Below, in pieces: positions 51,766 to 61,789 of a DNA stretch of 64,000 nt. Within the stretch, counting starts at the first letter, position 1. Each line of letters opens with the position of its first letter. The position numbers were made by a program, and so were the translations under genes. The stretch comes from Acidobacteriota bacterium (lineage in GTDB: Bacteria; Acidobacteriota; UBA6911), in assembly GCA_963664705.1 (NCBI GenBank), contig OY761556.1:4672001-4736000 (forward strand), given 5' to 3'. The notes below the pieces were generated by a model. That model was given only the letters and a program-made list of their open reading frames with translations. It was not told the DNA's origin and ran no database searches.

Positions 51766-51807
51766 AAAATAAGCCAACTCGCCTGTCGTGTAATTGATCT
51801 GAATCAA
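51766..51807 (-). promoter_or_regulatory. Perfect FNR-consensus box with class II promoter for the bc-NXR operon
   Basis: TTGATCTGAATCAA at 51794-51807; minus-strand -10-like TATTTT at 51771-51766 at -41.5 spacing; about 140 bp upstream of ATG 51654. Confidence 0.75.
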
Positions 51808-52102
51808 GTTTTTGAAAAAAACTATCTGCAGAACGGCAAAGCATGCCGGGCTGCCCGTGGCTGTGTTCCTGAGTCATTCCTGAGCTTTTGGGACAGGAAA
51901 TCGCATATACCAAAAGAATAGAATCCGATCATTTAGGACTTCAAGGGGGGATTTATTCGAAATTGATTCCAGGATTTTGCGTTTCTCATACGCTGTTGCT
52001 TTGCAATATCCACATTCCTGTTGAATCACTGGCGATTTGTTTGCTGTTGGAATATAGTCGCCTTCAATCACCAGATTATCCATTTATCAGCCGGGAGGAA
52101 CT

Positions 52103-52951
52103 ATGGTTCGTGCAATTGCAACGCTAGTCCTTATGTTCAGCATTGCATCCTTGCAGGCCGAGGCTGCGGGATGCACGCGCGCAAGCCTGCAGGGCGCCGT
52201 CAACAAATACCTGAATGCTCTGAAAAAGGGAAAGCCGTCAAAGATGCCGCTCGCCCCTCAGGCAAAGTACATCGAAAATCGGAAGGAAATCCCATTGGGG
52301 CAGGGCATCTGGCGTTCCCCGCTAGCAATCGATTTTGACCGCACCATGGCACTGGACGTAGACATCTGCGAGAGCTTTACAGAAATTATCACCGCCAAGA
52401 CTAAGCCGCAGTATGTCATCGGAACGAGATTGAAGGTCGCCAATGGTAAAATTGCGGAAATTGAAAGCCTCGTCAGTGCCAAAGACGACTGGGGCTTTGA
52501 TGCCGACAGCTATCTGAAATACTCCTCGATAGAAAAATGGGACATTATTGCCTCCGATAAGCGCACCGATCGTCCGACACTAACCAAAGTTGCCAGCGAT
52601 TACTTCGACATTTTCCAGGATTACTCTGCCTTCGACAAAATACCCTGGGGTATTCCTTGCGTCCGAATTGAAGGCGGCATGTATACGAATCCCAATAATG
52701 ATCCTAAACCGTCCTGTACACTGGGAGTTCCCAAAGGGGGCGGTGTCCCGATGACAAACCGTCGCTACATCGTCGATGTGGATCTGGGAACCGTTGTCGG
52801 CCAGGTGGATTTCGGAGGCCCCAAAGGTTTGTGGGATGCACACACTTTCCGGCTTGAGAACGGAAAGCTTCGTTACGTGCACGTGATTACGCTGTGCCCC
52901 GGCGGCTGCCCGAAAATTCCTATGCCCAAGGATGGTCGGCCCCCGCAATAA
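52103..52951 (+). CDS. Hypothetical exported protein
   Basis: Signal peptide, GGAGG RBS, 282-aa ORF with normal composition and several Cys. Confidence 0.75.
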   Translation: MVRAIATLVLMFSIASLQAEAAGCTRASLQGAVNKYLNALKKGKPSKMPLAPQAKYIENRKEIPLGQGIWRSPLAIDFDRTMALDVDICESFTEIITAKTKPQYVIGTRLKVANGKIAEIESLVSAKDDWGFDADSYLKYSSIEKWDIIASDKRTDRPTLTKVASDYFDIFQDYSAFDKIPWGIPCVRIEGGMYTNPNNDPKPSCTLGVPKGGGVPMTNRRYIVDVDLGTVVGQVDFGGPKGLWDAHTFRLENGKLRYVHVITLCPGGCPKIPMPKDGRPPQ

Positions 52952-53001
52952 AAGCGCGCCCGATCCTGCGGCAACGAGCATTTCGCCGCAAGTCGCAAAA
53001 C

Positions 53002-53042
53002 CATCTGCAGGGGGGAGACGGCTCCGTCTTCCCCTGCAGATG
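53002..53042. repeat. Strong GC-rich hairpin (REP-like or terminator)
   Basis: CATCTGCAGGGGGGAGACGG-ct-CCGTCTTCCCCTGCAGATG. Confidence 0.6.
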
Positions 53043-53196
53043 CCGGTACAGCCAATCGGCATTGGCAAACCTGTCCATTCAATTCCTGATATACCGCAAT
53101 TCCGTCACACATTGGCATGCAGATCGGCCCCGGAGGTGGTACCCTTTTTCGAAGTAGGACTCGTCTGTCGTTGGGCATGCAATTCAGGAAGGAAAG

Positions 53197-54477
53197 ATGG
53201 AACTGAAAAAAGATACAGCCGAAGCAATCCCCGAAGCAGCCACGTCCACAACCGATCGACCCGATTTTTTCAAACGCACCTTCCAGGCATTCACCTATCG
53301 TGATTTCCGACTGATGTGGGCAGGCGCCTTTACCTCCACGACAGGGACGTGGATGCAAAGCGTGGCGCAATCCTGGCTCGTGCTGGAAATGACCAGCTCA
53401 AGATCTGCCTTCTTCCTCGGCCTGCTCGGTTTCCTCGGGGATCTGCCGATCATGCTGTTCTCGCTGATCGGCGGTGTAGTCGCCGACCGCATCGACCGCC
53501 GCATCATTCTGCTGGGATCCCAATATGTACAGATGACATGCGCTTTCATCCTTACCCTGCTTGTCTATTTCAAGGTCGTGCATATAAGTCACATGATGGT
53601 CCTGGTGTTTGTAGCCGGTACAGCCATGTCGTTCGGTGGTCCAGCTTACCAGGCGCTCATCCCCGGGCTGGTGGAACGAAAAGTTGTCCCCAATGCCGTC
53701 GCGCTGAATTCGATACAATTCAATCTGGCCAGGGTCGTAGGACCTCTGATCGCCGGAGTCACAATGGCTGCCTTCGGCGCGGCCACCTGCTTTTTTCTGA
53801 ACGGGCTGTCCTTTCTGGCGGTAATAGCCGGCCTGTACATGATCCGAGCCACGTTTTTGCCGCCGAAGACATCGGAATCGGTTTTGGAGGGAATCCGCAG
53901 CGGATTCGCGTTCATTCGCAAACGCGGAGCGCTCTGGCAGCTAACCGTACTTGGTTTCGTCAGTACGTTTTGCGGCATCCCGCTTTTGACGTTGTTGCCG
54001 GTAATTGCAAAAAATACCTTTCATCTCGATGCCAAGGGATACTCCTACCTGCTTTCCATCTCAGGTATCGGATCCATCCTCGGCGCCCTTATATATGCCG
54101 GACTGGCTCAGCGCAAAAATCACGGATTGCTTGCATTGCGCGTTCAATTGACCTTTGCCATTCTGCTTGCGATCTTCGCCGTTTCGCATTACATGCCGCT
54201 CGTTTGCCTTTGCCTGTTCCTGAGCGGGATGTGCCTGATTACCCTGTTTTCCTCCATCAATTCCCTGGTGCAGCTTACTGTCACCGAAGACATGCGCGGG
54301 CGCGTAATGAGCATCTTTATGTTGTCCTTCCGGGGAGGAATGCCCTTGGGAAACCTGGTCGCCGGGTACTTTGCGACAAAATTCTCCCCTTCCCAGGCTC
54401 TCTTTACGCTGGGCTGTGTGCTAGCGACAACAGCCGTGGCATTTTTGTTCTCCAACAGCGGAATCAAGAAGCTTTAG
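53197..54477 (+). CDS. MFS transporter (MFS_3/H+-antiporter-like)
   Basis: About 12 TM; GGVVADRIDRR motif A; MRGRVMS motif. Confidence 0.92.
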   Translation: MELKKDTAEAIPEAATSTTDRPDFFKRTFQAFTYRDFRLMWAGAFTSTTGTWMQSVAQSWLVLEMTSSRSAFFLGLLGFLGDLPIMLFSLIGGVVADRIDRRIILLGSQYVQMTCAFILTLLVYFKVVHISHMMVLVFVAGTAMSFGGPAYQALIPGLVERKVVPNAVALNSIQFNLARVVGPLIAGVTMAAFGAATCFFLNGLSFLAVIAGLYMIRATFLPPKTSESVLEGIRSGFAFIRKRGALWQLTVLGFVSTFCGIPLLTLLPVIAKNTFHLDAKGYSYLLSISGIGSILGALIYAGLAQRKNHGLLALRVQLTFAILLAIFAVSHYMPLVCLCLFLSGMCLITLFSSINSLVQLTVTEDMRGRVMSIFMLSFRGGMPLGNLVAGYFATKFSPSQALFTLGCVLATTAVAFLFSNSGIKKL

Positions 54478-54718
54478 AACAAAGCGCTTCCACAGGCAAT
54501 ACCATGCTGACTGCAATCTGCGTTCACTTGGGGGGGGACAAGAAGCAGGAGTCCTATGTGCGGACAAAAACAGGGTCCTGGTTGCCGATACGGCCCATCA
54601 AGAGTAAGATCGGTTTATATGGCCGCTTCGTCTGTCCTGCAGTTTTCGGTCCGGGGTGGACAGTGCGGTTGCCCCGGGTACAAACAATTGAAGGGTTCAC
54701 AATCGGAGGAGTCTCAGC

Positions 54719-55645
54719 ATGTGCATAATGAAATCAGCGCCGGAAGGAATGACGAGAAGAAATTTTGTCTCCAGTGCCGCGGTGGCCATGGCGGGATCCG
54801 CCGCACTTGCAGATATCGCTCCGGCCGCAACATCACCCGTGGATAAGCCCGCGGGCTCGGCAGAAGCGATGAACGCCTACGGCTCCGATCTGCTGAATAT
54901 GCTGGTGCTGCGAACGTACCCGATTGCGATAAAAATGTTAAAAAACGAGAGCGAGACGCCCCAGGGGGCCGTGAGACCCAAAAGAGATCTCAAAACGCAC
55001 TATGCCGCCTGTCAGGCGTTCGGCGTTGTGAGACGACGCGGAACAACGCTGGCAATGTTTCTCGAAGACCACTGGTGTTTCGAGCCCATTATCGGCTACG
55101 GCCTGGTAGAACCGCCCAAGGACTTTCTGGAGGGATCAGGGAGTGCCTTTTTTGTCCAGAGCAAAGAAGGTGCCCGGCAGCGCAGCCAGGACATTGCGCT
55201 CCTGCCGCATGGCAAATATTCGGGAATGGTTCTGGCGCCACTGCACAAGGCAAATTTTTCTCCGGACCTGACGATGATTTACTGCAATGCATCCCAGTTG
55301 CGCCACATGCTGTTCGCGTATATGAATAAGAATGGACGCCGCGTGACGTCGACTCTAGACCCGATCTGGTCCTGCGTACACTCCATCGTACCATCTCTTT
55401 TGAAGGGCACCTGCGAAGTGACCGTGCCTGATCCCGGGGATTTCGAAAGATCTTCCGCAGGGGATGATGAGATGGTCTTCACCGTGCCTGCAGGCAATAT
55501 GAAGGAGTTTATGGACGGGGTATATCATTATGAGAAAAGCGGCATGGGGTACCGCAGTTTTGGCCGCGACCTGAGAGGCGATTTTCCGCAGCCTTCGTTC
55601 TATCAGGAATATTTTAAGAAATGGGGTTTGGACTCATCGAAATAA
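54719..55645 (+). CDS. DUF169-family protein with a Tat-like leader
   Basis: MTRRNFV leader; YPIAIK, ACQA, HWC, PDLTMIYCNASQL, SC and PDPGD motifs. Confidence 0.78.
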   Translation: MCIMKSAPEGMTRRNFVSSAAVAMAGSAALADIAPAATSPVDKPAGSAEAMNAYGSDLLNMLVLRTYPIAIKMLKNESETPQGAVRPKRDLKTHYAACQAFGVVRRRGTTLAMFLEDHWCFEPIIGYGLVEPPKDFLEGSGSAFFVQSKEGARQRSQDIALLPHGKYSGMVLAPLHKANFSPDLTMIYCNASQLRHMLFAYMNKNGRRVTSTLDPIWSCVHSIVPSLLKGTCEVTVPDPGDFERSSAGDDEMVFTVPAGNMKEFMDGVYHYEKSGMGYRSFGRDLRGDFPQPSFYQEYFKKWGLDSSK

Positions 55646-55708
55646 ATGCGGGAAATTGAAGCCTCCGGATCACGGTTCTTCCCGGAGACTTGGAAACCAT
55701 TATCGACC

Positions 55709-58294
55709 ATGAACACATCCGGGCCCAGGCAACGGAATTCGAAACAGGGAGAAGATCAGAAAACAACCGCAACTCCGCTGGTGAACCAATCGGGCGAAAC
55801 CAGTTGCGTGTTGCCCATACCGACAAGCGATCCGCGGATCGGCCTGGAGGTTTCCGAACTCAAGCAATCCTTTCTGGACAGTCTGTTTTGTAACCTGGGA
55901 CGTATTCCCTCGGCAGCCACACCGCACGATCTATACACCGCCCTGGCACTGGCTATTCGCGATCGCGTACTCAACCGCGGAGTTCAGACGCTGGAAACCT
56001 ACCTCGAACGAGACGCTCGGATGGTTGCCTACCTCTCCGCTGAATATCTCCCCGGGCCTCACCTTGCCAACAACCTTCTCAACCTGGGCATTTGGGATCA
56101 GACACGCCAGGCGGTCGGAGAATTGGGCTGCGACCTGGATTTCCTGCAGCAGCAGGAAGAAGAACCGGGTCTCGGAAACGGAGGATTGGGCCGGCTGGCT
56201 TCCTGTTTCATGGATTCACTGGCATCGCTCGAAATTCCTGCGATCGGATATGGACTGCGCTATGAATTCGGCATCTTCGATCAGGTCATACGCGACGGCA
56301 GACAGGTTGAAATTACGGACAAATGGCTGCGCTATGGCAATCCATGGGAAGTGGTGAGGCCGGAACTCACCTATGAGGTCAAGCTGGGCGGCCACACCGA
56401 ATCCTGGACTGACGAACAAGGGCGATATCGTGTGAACTGGAAGCCGCAACGCGTCATCCAGGGAATCGCCTATGATACGCCGGTTCTCGGCTATCGGGTC
56501 AATACCTGCAACCGGATGCGCCTCTGGAAAGCCGAAGCCGTCGAGTCCTTCGACTTTGCCGCATTCAATCATGGAGATTATTACCAGGCCGTCCATGACA
56601 AGATGTTTTCGGAAAACATCACCAAAGTGCTTTACCCGAACGATGAAATCCTTCAAGGCAAAAACCTGCGGCTCGAGCAACAGTTCTTTCTCGTCACATG
56701 CTCCCTGCAGGATATGCTGCGCATACACAAACTGGTCGGCCGCTCGATCGAACAGTTCAATGAAAAATGGGCGGTACAACTCAACGACACACATCCATCG
56801 CTCGCCATTGCGGAATTGATGCGCCTGCTGGTTGATGAGCACTTGCTGGACTGGGACACCGCCTGGCGAGTTACGACGAACACCTTTTCCTACACCAACC
56901 ACACACTGCTCCCGGAAGCTCTGGAGAAATGGCCGGTCGATCTATTCGGAGCATTGCTTCCCAGACACCTGGAAATCATCTACGAGATAAACCGTCGGTT
57001 CCTGGATGCGGCACAGCTTCATTTCCCCGGCGACGCTGCCCGAAGCGCGCGGCTCTCGCTGATTGATGAAGCCGCGGGACGTTCGGTCCGAATGGCCCAT
57101 CTCGCAGCGGCCGGAAGCCGTCACATCAACGGCGTGGCGCGACTGCACTCCGATTTATTGAAGCAGAGCGTCCTGCGGGATTTTGCTGACCTGTGGCCGG
57201 AGAAATTTTGCAGCATTACAAACGGCGTCACTCCCCGCCGTTTCATGGCCGTTGCCAATCGACCGTTAGCCGGACTCATCAGCCGAAGCCTCAGCGACGA
57301 TGGCTGGCTGAAAAACCTGGGCGAGCTCCACCGGCTGGAGTCCCTGGCTGACGATGCGGCGTTTATGGAAGAGTGGCGTGCAGTCAAACTGGCAGCCAAG
57401 CAAACTCTGGCCGCCAGAATTGCCGACCGCACCGGCGTGAGCATTGATCCCACCTCCATGTTTGACATCCAGGCCAAGCGCATCCACGAATACAAACGGC
57501 AGCACCTGAACGTTCTCCATATTCTTGCACTTTACCTCCGGCTGAAGAATGACCCGCTGGCGAATGTGCCGAACCGTACCTTCATTTTTGCGGGCAAGGC
57601 GGCCCCCGGATATTTTATGGCCAAGCTGATCATTGAATTTATTAATGCGGTCGCCGATCTTATCAACCATGACGCGACGATTCATGAACAGCTCAAGGTA
57701 GTGTTTTGTCCTGATTTCAATGTAACCAATGCCCAGTGCATTTACCCGGCGGCGGATGTCAGCGAGCAGATTTCAACAGCGGGCAAGGAAGCCAGCGGAA
57801 CGGGCAACATGAAATTCGCGCTTAACGGAGCCCTGACCATTGGAACGCTGGATGGAGCCAATGTGGAAATACGGGAAGAGGTTGGTGCAGACAATTTCTT
57901 CCTTTTCGGTCTCACCGCCGAACAGGTGCAGGCCTGCCAGTCCGGCGGATACCGGCCTTACGAAACGTATGAAAAAAATGCGTCCTTGCGTGAAGTCTTG
58001 GACTTTATTGCCACGGGCGCGCTATCCTGGGGCGATCGCAACCGGTTTCGGCCCCTGCTGGATAACCTGCTGCAAAGCGATCCGTTTCTTGTACTCGCAG
58101 ATTACCAGGCTTACGTGGATTGCCAGGAACAGGTCAGTGTCCGCTGGCAGGATGCAGAGAAGTGGACGCGACAATCCATCCTGACTGTATCGCGCATGGG
58201 TAAGTTCTCTTCAGATCGCGCCATCCGGGAATATGTAGAACGAATCTGGCTGGTGCCACCCATGCCGGTTCCCGAGCCTTCAGCTTTCGGCTAA
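55709..58294 (+). CDS. glgP: Glycogen/starch/alpha-glucan phosphorylase (start may be 55646)
   Basis: GLGNGGLGRLASC, QLNDTHP, KRIHEYKRQHLN and PLP motif EASGTGNMKF. Confidence 0.96.
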   Translation: MNTSGPRQRNSKQGEDQKTTATPLVNQSGETSCVLPIPTSDPRIGLEVSELKQSFLDSLFCNLGRIPSAATPHDLYTALALAIRDRVLNRGVQTLETYLERDARMVAYLSAEYLPGPHLANNLLNLGIWDQTRQAVGELGCDLDFLQQQEEEPGLGNGGLGRLASCFMDSLASLEIPAIGYGLRYEFGIFDQVIRDGRQVEITDKWLRYGNPWEVVRPELTYEVKLGGHTESWTDEQGRYRVNWKPQRVIQGIAYDTPVLGYRVNTCNRMRLWKAEAVESFDFAAFNHGDYYQAVHDKMFSENITKVLYPNDEILQGKNLRLEQQFFLVTCSLQDMLRIHKLVGRSIEQFNEKWAVQLNDTHPSLAIAELMRLLVDEHLLDWDTAWRVTTNTFSYTNHTLLPEALEKWPVDLFGALLPRHLEIIYEINRRFLDAAQLHFPGDAARSARLSLIDEAAGRSVRMAHLAAAGSRHINGVARLHSDLLKQSVLRDFADLWPEKFCSITNGVTPRRFMAVANRPLAGLISRSLSDDGWLKNLGELHRLESLADDAAFMEEWRAVKLAAKQTLAARIADRTGVSIDPTSMFDIQAKRIHEYKRQHLNVLHILALYLRLKNDPLANVPNRTFIFAGKAAPGYFMAKLIIEFINAVADLINHDATIHEQLKVVFCPDFNVTNAQCIYPAADVSEQISTAGKEASGTGNMKFALNGALTIGTLDGANVEIREEVGADNFFLFGLTAEQVQACQSGGYRPYETYEKNASLREVLDFIATGALSWGDRNRFRPLLDNLLQSDPFLVLADYQAYVDCQEQVSVRWQDAEKWTRQSILTVSRMGKFSSDRAIREYVERIWLVPPMPVPEPSAFG

Positions 58295-61233
58295 TCTTTC
58301 ACGCATTTGCGGATCATGTTAACCAGATCGGAGGAGGGTCCGCTTTTGGTCAAATAGCCCACCGCCCCGGCATCGCGCATTGCCTGGCCGCGTTCGCTGG
58401 CTTCAAACATGGACAATCCAATGACACGAATCTCCGGAAATTCCCGGGAGATGGTCCGGGTTGCCTCAATCCCATTGAGCTTGGGCAGGCTGACATCCAT
58501 CAGGATCACATCCGGAAGAAGTCTGGCAGCCATCTCCACGGCTTCCTCTCCATCCGCCGCCACTCCAACAACTTCTATACCCGGCTCATTGTTCAACAGG
58601 GTCGCCAATCCCTCCCGCAAAACCGCATGATCATCAGCCAAAAGCAGGCGAATCGGATTGCCGGGCTTTGATTCCACGGTCAAAGCGCCATCATGACTCG
58701 ACATCCTCGGAACAAAATTCGGCCGGCTCGACTGGATTTCGGCCCTTTCGCTGAATGGAACACTGAGCATAAATCGGCTGCCTCTTTCAGGCATACTGCT
58801 GATTTCCATTTGGCCGCCAATGAGATCCAGCCTCTCGCGAATACTAAACAGGCCAAAGCCGCCGCCGATCTCTCCCGCCTTTTTTAGCTTGCCGGGATCG
58901 AACCCCGAACCGTTATCGCTGACCGTGATCCGGAGTTGCCGCTCCTGCAAACAGCGTACATTCACATTGGCCGATCCGGCGCGCGCATGCTTGGCTGCAT
59001 TGAACAGTAGTTCACGAACCGATTCAAACAACAAAACCTTTACAGTTTCTGCCAATGACGGGATGTCCCCCTCAACCGAGAGGTCCACGATCAGACCATG
59101 CCGGTCAGCCATCCATCGGGCAAGCCACGCCAACCCCGCAGCCAAACCGCCTTCATGCAGAATGGGAGGGCTGAGCTCCGAGGTAAGAGTCCGGGACTCC
59201 TGAATGGATTCATCAAGAAGCTGCACAATTTCGCGGGTAGCCTGCTGAACAATCGGATCTGTATGACGGCTGAGAATTGTGATTCGGAACTTGGCTCCAA
59301 CCAGCAGCTGCTGAAGGTGATCATGAAGCACTTTTGCCAGCCGACGGCGCTCCCGTTGTTCCGATAGGGTCAATTCTCCGGCCAGGGCGCGAAGATGCGC
59401 CGCCCTCTGCTCGAGTTCCGCGGTACGCTCCTGAACGCGATCTTCCAAAACAGCATTGGCCTGTTTCAGGGCCGCCTCCGCCCGCGCCCTTTCCAGGCGC
59501 GGGAAGGTGCGATTCGTAATTTCCGTAATGAGATCCACTTCATCGTCACGCCAGTCTCGCGGAACAGAATCGTTAACGGTGAACATATATTGCCATTTCC
59601 CAACACGATGAAACGGAACCGCAACATACGCATGAATGTTCATGGCAGCATGGCCCCCGGCATCGGTCCGCGAGTCCACCTGCGTGTTGCGAATAATAAT
59701 TGCCTTGCCCGCACAGGCCTCCTGCCGAAACCCGACCGACACATAAGCGGACAGTTGTCGAACCCCCATTGCCAGCGGTGGATCCGGAATACGGCTCCAG
59801 GCCCACTCTATTTTTGCACAGTCCCGATCTTCATCAATTTCCGCAAAGAGGCAGTTCGAGATATTCAGATACTGGCCCACGCGCGAACCCACAGCCTGCA
59901 TGATATCTTCGGCAGAAGAGAGTTTGGCAAAATCCTCTCCGATCTTCGCCAGCAAGCTCAGATGCGCTTCGCGCCGCAAGCGCTCCGATATATCTCTGAC
60001 GATCACAAAGGAATGCGGCGGATCACCCTTTAAAATGACGGAATCAATCTCAACCGGAAATATCTCTCCATTCTTTCGGATGGCGTTGAGTTCCCGTCTT
60101 TGAGCGCGTCCCGCTCGTTCCCGCTCCTCCAGCGCGGCAGGCAATCGCGGGTCGTTCATGTCCATAACTCCAGCACGGCCCATCCGGCATAGCTCTGCCT
60201 CCGTCCACCCAAACATGGCGCTGGCAGCCGGATTTGCGCCCATCACATTTCCATCGGGGGCCGTCAGAAATACCGCATCCAGACTGCTCTCAAAGAGGGA
60301 TCGAAACTCGGCCTCGCTCTCCCGCAGAGACCTTTCGGCCCTTTTGCGTTTTCGCATCTCCCGCCAAAGGAAAATAATCCAGACAGCGGCCAGAGCAACC
60401 ATGCAAACAACCACAATCAGAAAACTCTTCTGTCGCAGATACTGAGCTCTGGTCTGGAACACCACTTCCCGGGGGCGCCACTTCGCCAGAATTTTCTCGT
60501 AGGTACCGTCCGCTCTGATAGACGCGAGGGCCTCATTGATTTGGGCCAGCAGCTCCCGGTTCCCCCTTTTCACGGCAATTGCAGATGAACTCCGGTCGAA
60601 CGCCTCTCCTGCTATTCTGACGCCACCGATATGGTTTTGTGCCAGCACATAGGAACCGACCCAGCGGTCCACGATAACAGCATCGAGCCGGCCATCGGAC
60701 AAACCTCGCATCCCCTGGAGTATGTCGGGAATGAAAACCAGATTAATCGATGGGAAATTATTCAGGATGCTGACCGGCATTCCCTTTTCTTCAACGCCGA
60801 CCCGGGTTCCCCGGAGAGTATTGAGGCTGTAAATCCCCTCCTTGTCAGCACGGACAAAAATGGAAAACTCCGATTCCAGCAAAGGCTCGGAAAAATCATA
60901 GATGCCCCGACGCTCTTCGGTCGGATTGATCTGCAGCAAAGCATCCGCTTTCCCCTCCTGCACAAGTTCCTGTGCCAGAGACCAGTTCATATAACTGAGT
61001 CGTACCGGAATCTTCATGCGGCCGGCAACAGCATCCGCAAGATCCACGACAACGCCGACCGGCTTTCCATCTTCCATGAAGATCATCGGCGGCAGTGCGT
61101 GGTTTCCAAGAAAGAGCCGTGGAGTATTTTCCTCGCCGGAAAGCGGTTGGGAGAAGAGCACTGCCAGCGCGAGCATGGCGCCTAATGCGGATATTAGAGC
61201 ACGAAACATAAACCAATGCCGATTGTCGTTCAT
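58291..61233 (-). CDS. Sensor kinase (periplasmic amino-acid-binding-protein domain, PAS, GAF, HisKA_3, HATPase, REC)
   Basis: SBP_bac_3-like N-terminus; ERRRLAKVLHDHLQQ; ELLFNAAKHA, DNGSGF, GFGL; C-terminal NarL-type REC. Confidence 0.9.
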   Translation of the reverse strand: MNDNRHWFMFRALISALGAMLALAVLFSQPLSGEENTPRLFLGNHALPPMIFMEDGKPVGVVVDLADAVAGRMKIPVRLSYMNWSLAQELVQEGKADALLQINPTEERRGIYDFSEPLLESEFSIFVRADKEGIYSLNTLRGTRVGVEEKGMPVSILNNFPSINLVFIPDILQGMRGLSDGRLDAVIVDRWVGSYVLAQNHIGGVRIAGEAFDRSSSAIAVKRGNRELLAQINEALASIRADGTYEKILAKWRPREVVFQTRAQYLRQKSFLIVVVCMVALAAVWIIFLWREMRKRKRAERSLRESEAEFRSLFESSLDAVFLTAPDGNVMGANPAASAMFGWTEAELCRMGRAGVMDMNDPRLPAALEERERAGRAQRRELNAIRKNGEIFPVEIDSVILKGDPPHSFVIVRDISERLRREAHLSLLAKIGEDFAKLSSAEDIMQAVGSRVGQYLNISNCLFAEIDEDRDCAKIEWAWSRIPDPPLAMGVRQLSAYVSVGFRQEACAGKAIIIRNTQVDSRTDAGGHAAMNIHAYVAVPFHRVGKWQYMFTVNDSVPRDWRDDEVDLITEITNRTFPRLERARAEAALKQANAVLEDRVQERTAELEQRAAHLRALAGELTLSEQRERRRLAKVLHDHLQQLLVGAKFRITILSRHTDPIVQQATREIVQLLDESIQESRTLTSELSPPILHEGGLAAGLAWLARWMADRHGLIVDLSVEGDIPSLAETVKVLLFESVRELLFNAAKHARAGSANVNVRCLQERQLRITVSDNGSGFDPGKLKKAGEIGGGFGLFSIRERLDLIGGQMEISSMPERGSRFMLSVPFSERAEIQSSRPNFVPRMSSHDGALTVESKPGNPIRLLLADDHAVLREGLATLLNNEPGIEVVGVAADGEEAVEMAARLLPDVILMDVSLPKLNGIEATRTISREFPEIRVIGLSMFEASERGQAMRDAGAVGYLTKSGPSSDLVNMIRKCVKD

Positions 61234-61789
61234 CTATGCTCCTCGCATGCGGCATTGCAAAAAAACCAATGCGTGCCGGCCACGGAATTCGCCCTGGAAA
61301 TCTATGTCGGTGAGAAACGGATATCTGCTGTTTATGTATCAGGGCGGCTCACCGGTCGATTTCATCTATCTGTCTGGATAATTCATAATTAATTCGCCCG
61401 CAGATTGCATTAAAAATTAGCTTAGATTAGATTGCCCTAATCATCAGACCACTACGAGAAGTGACAGATTCGTAATTCTCTATCTTCAAATGAGTTTAAG
61501 AAACCTCACATTTGCTCATCTTCCCGTGAAAACAGACGATATGCGTATAGTAAAAAATTTGATGGGATATGCGAAGCATGGCAAGGCCTCAAATGGTTGA
61601 GCAGAAACACTTTGCCATGAATTGGATCAAACGGAGCGGTGTCTGTCCGGCAACGGTCAGATGTTAAATGGAACTCAGTCATGGCGCGATCCGAAAATGC
61701 GATAGATATCGCCTGACAGATCATTGCTTCTGCAGCTCATCCCTGTTCGTGATGGAAAGGTCGAGCCCTCCGGCTCGGGTAGCTTGCTG

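Noticed and set aside
53316-54728. 470-aa alternative-frame ORF overlapping the MFS gene
   Set aside because: Arg/Pro-rich, with no recognisable domain, and it overlaps a clear MFS transporter along most of its length.
61240-61780. Long AT-rich divergent intergenic region with short ORFs (e.g. 61506-61724)
   Set aside because: No convincing RBS, motifs or RNA structure; most likely promoter DNA.
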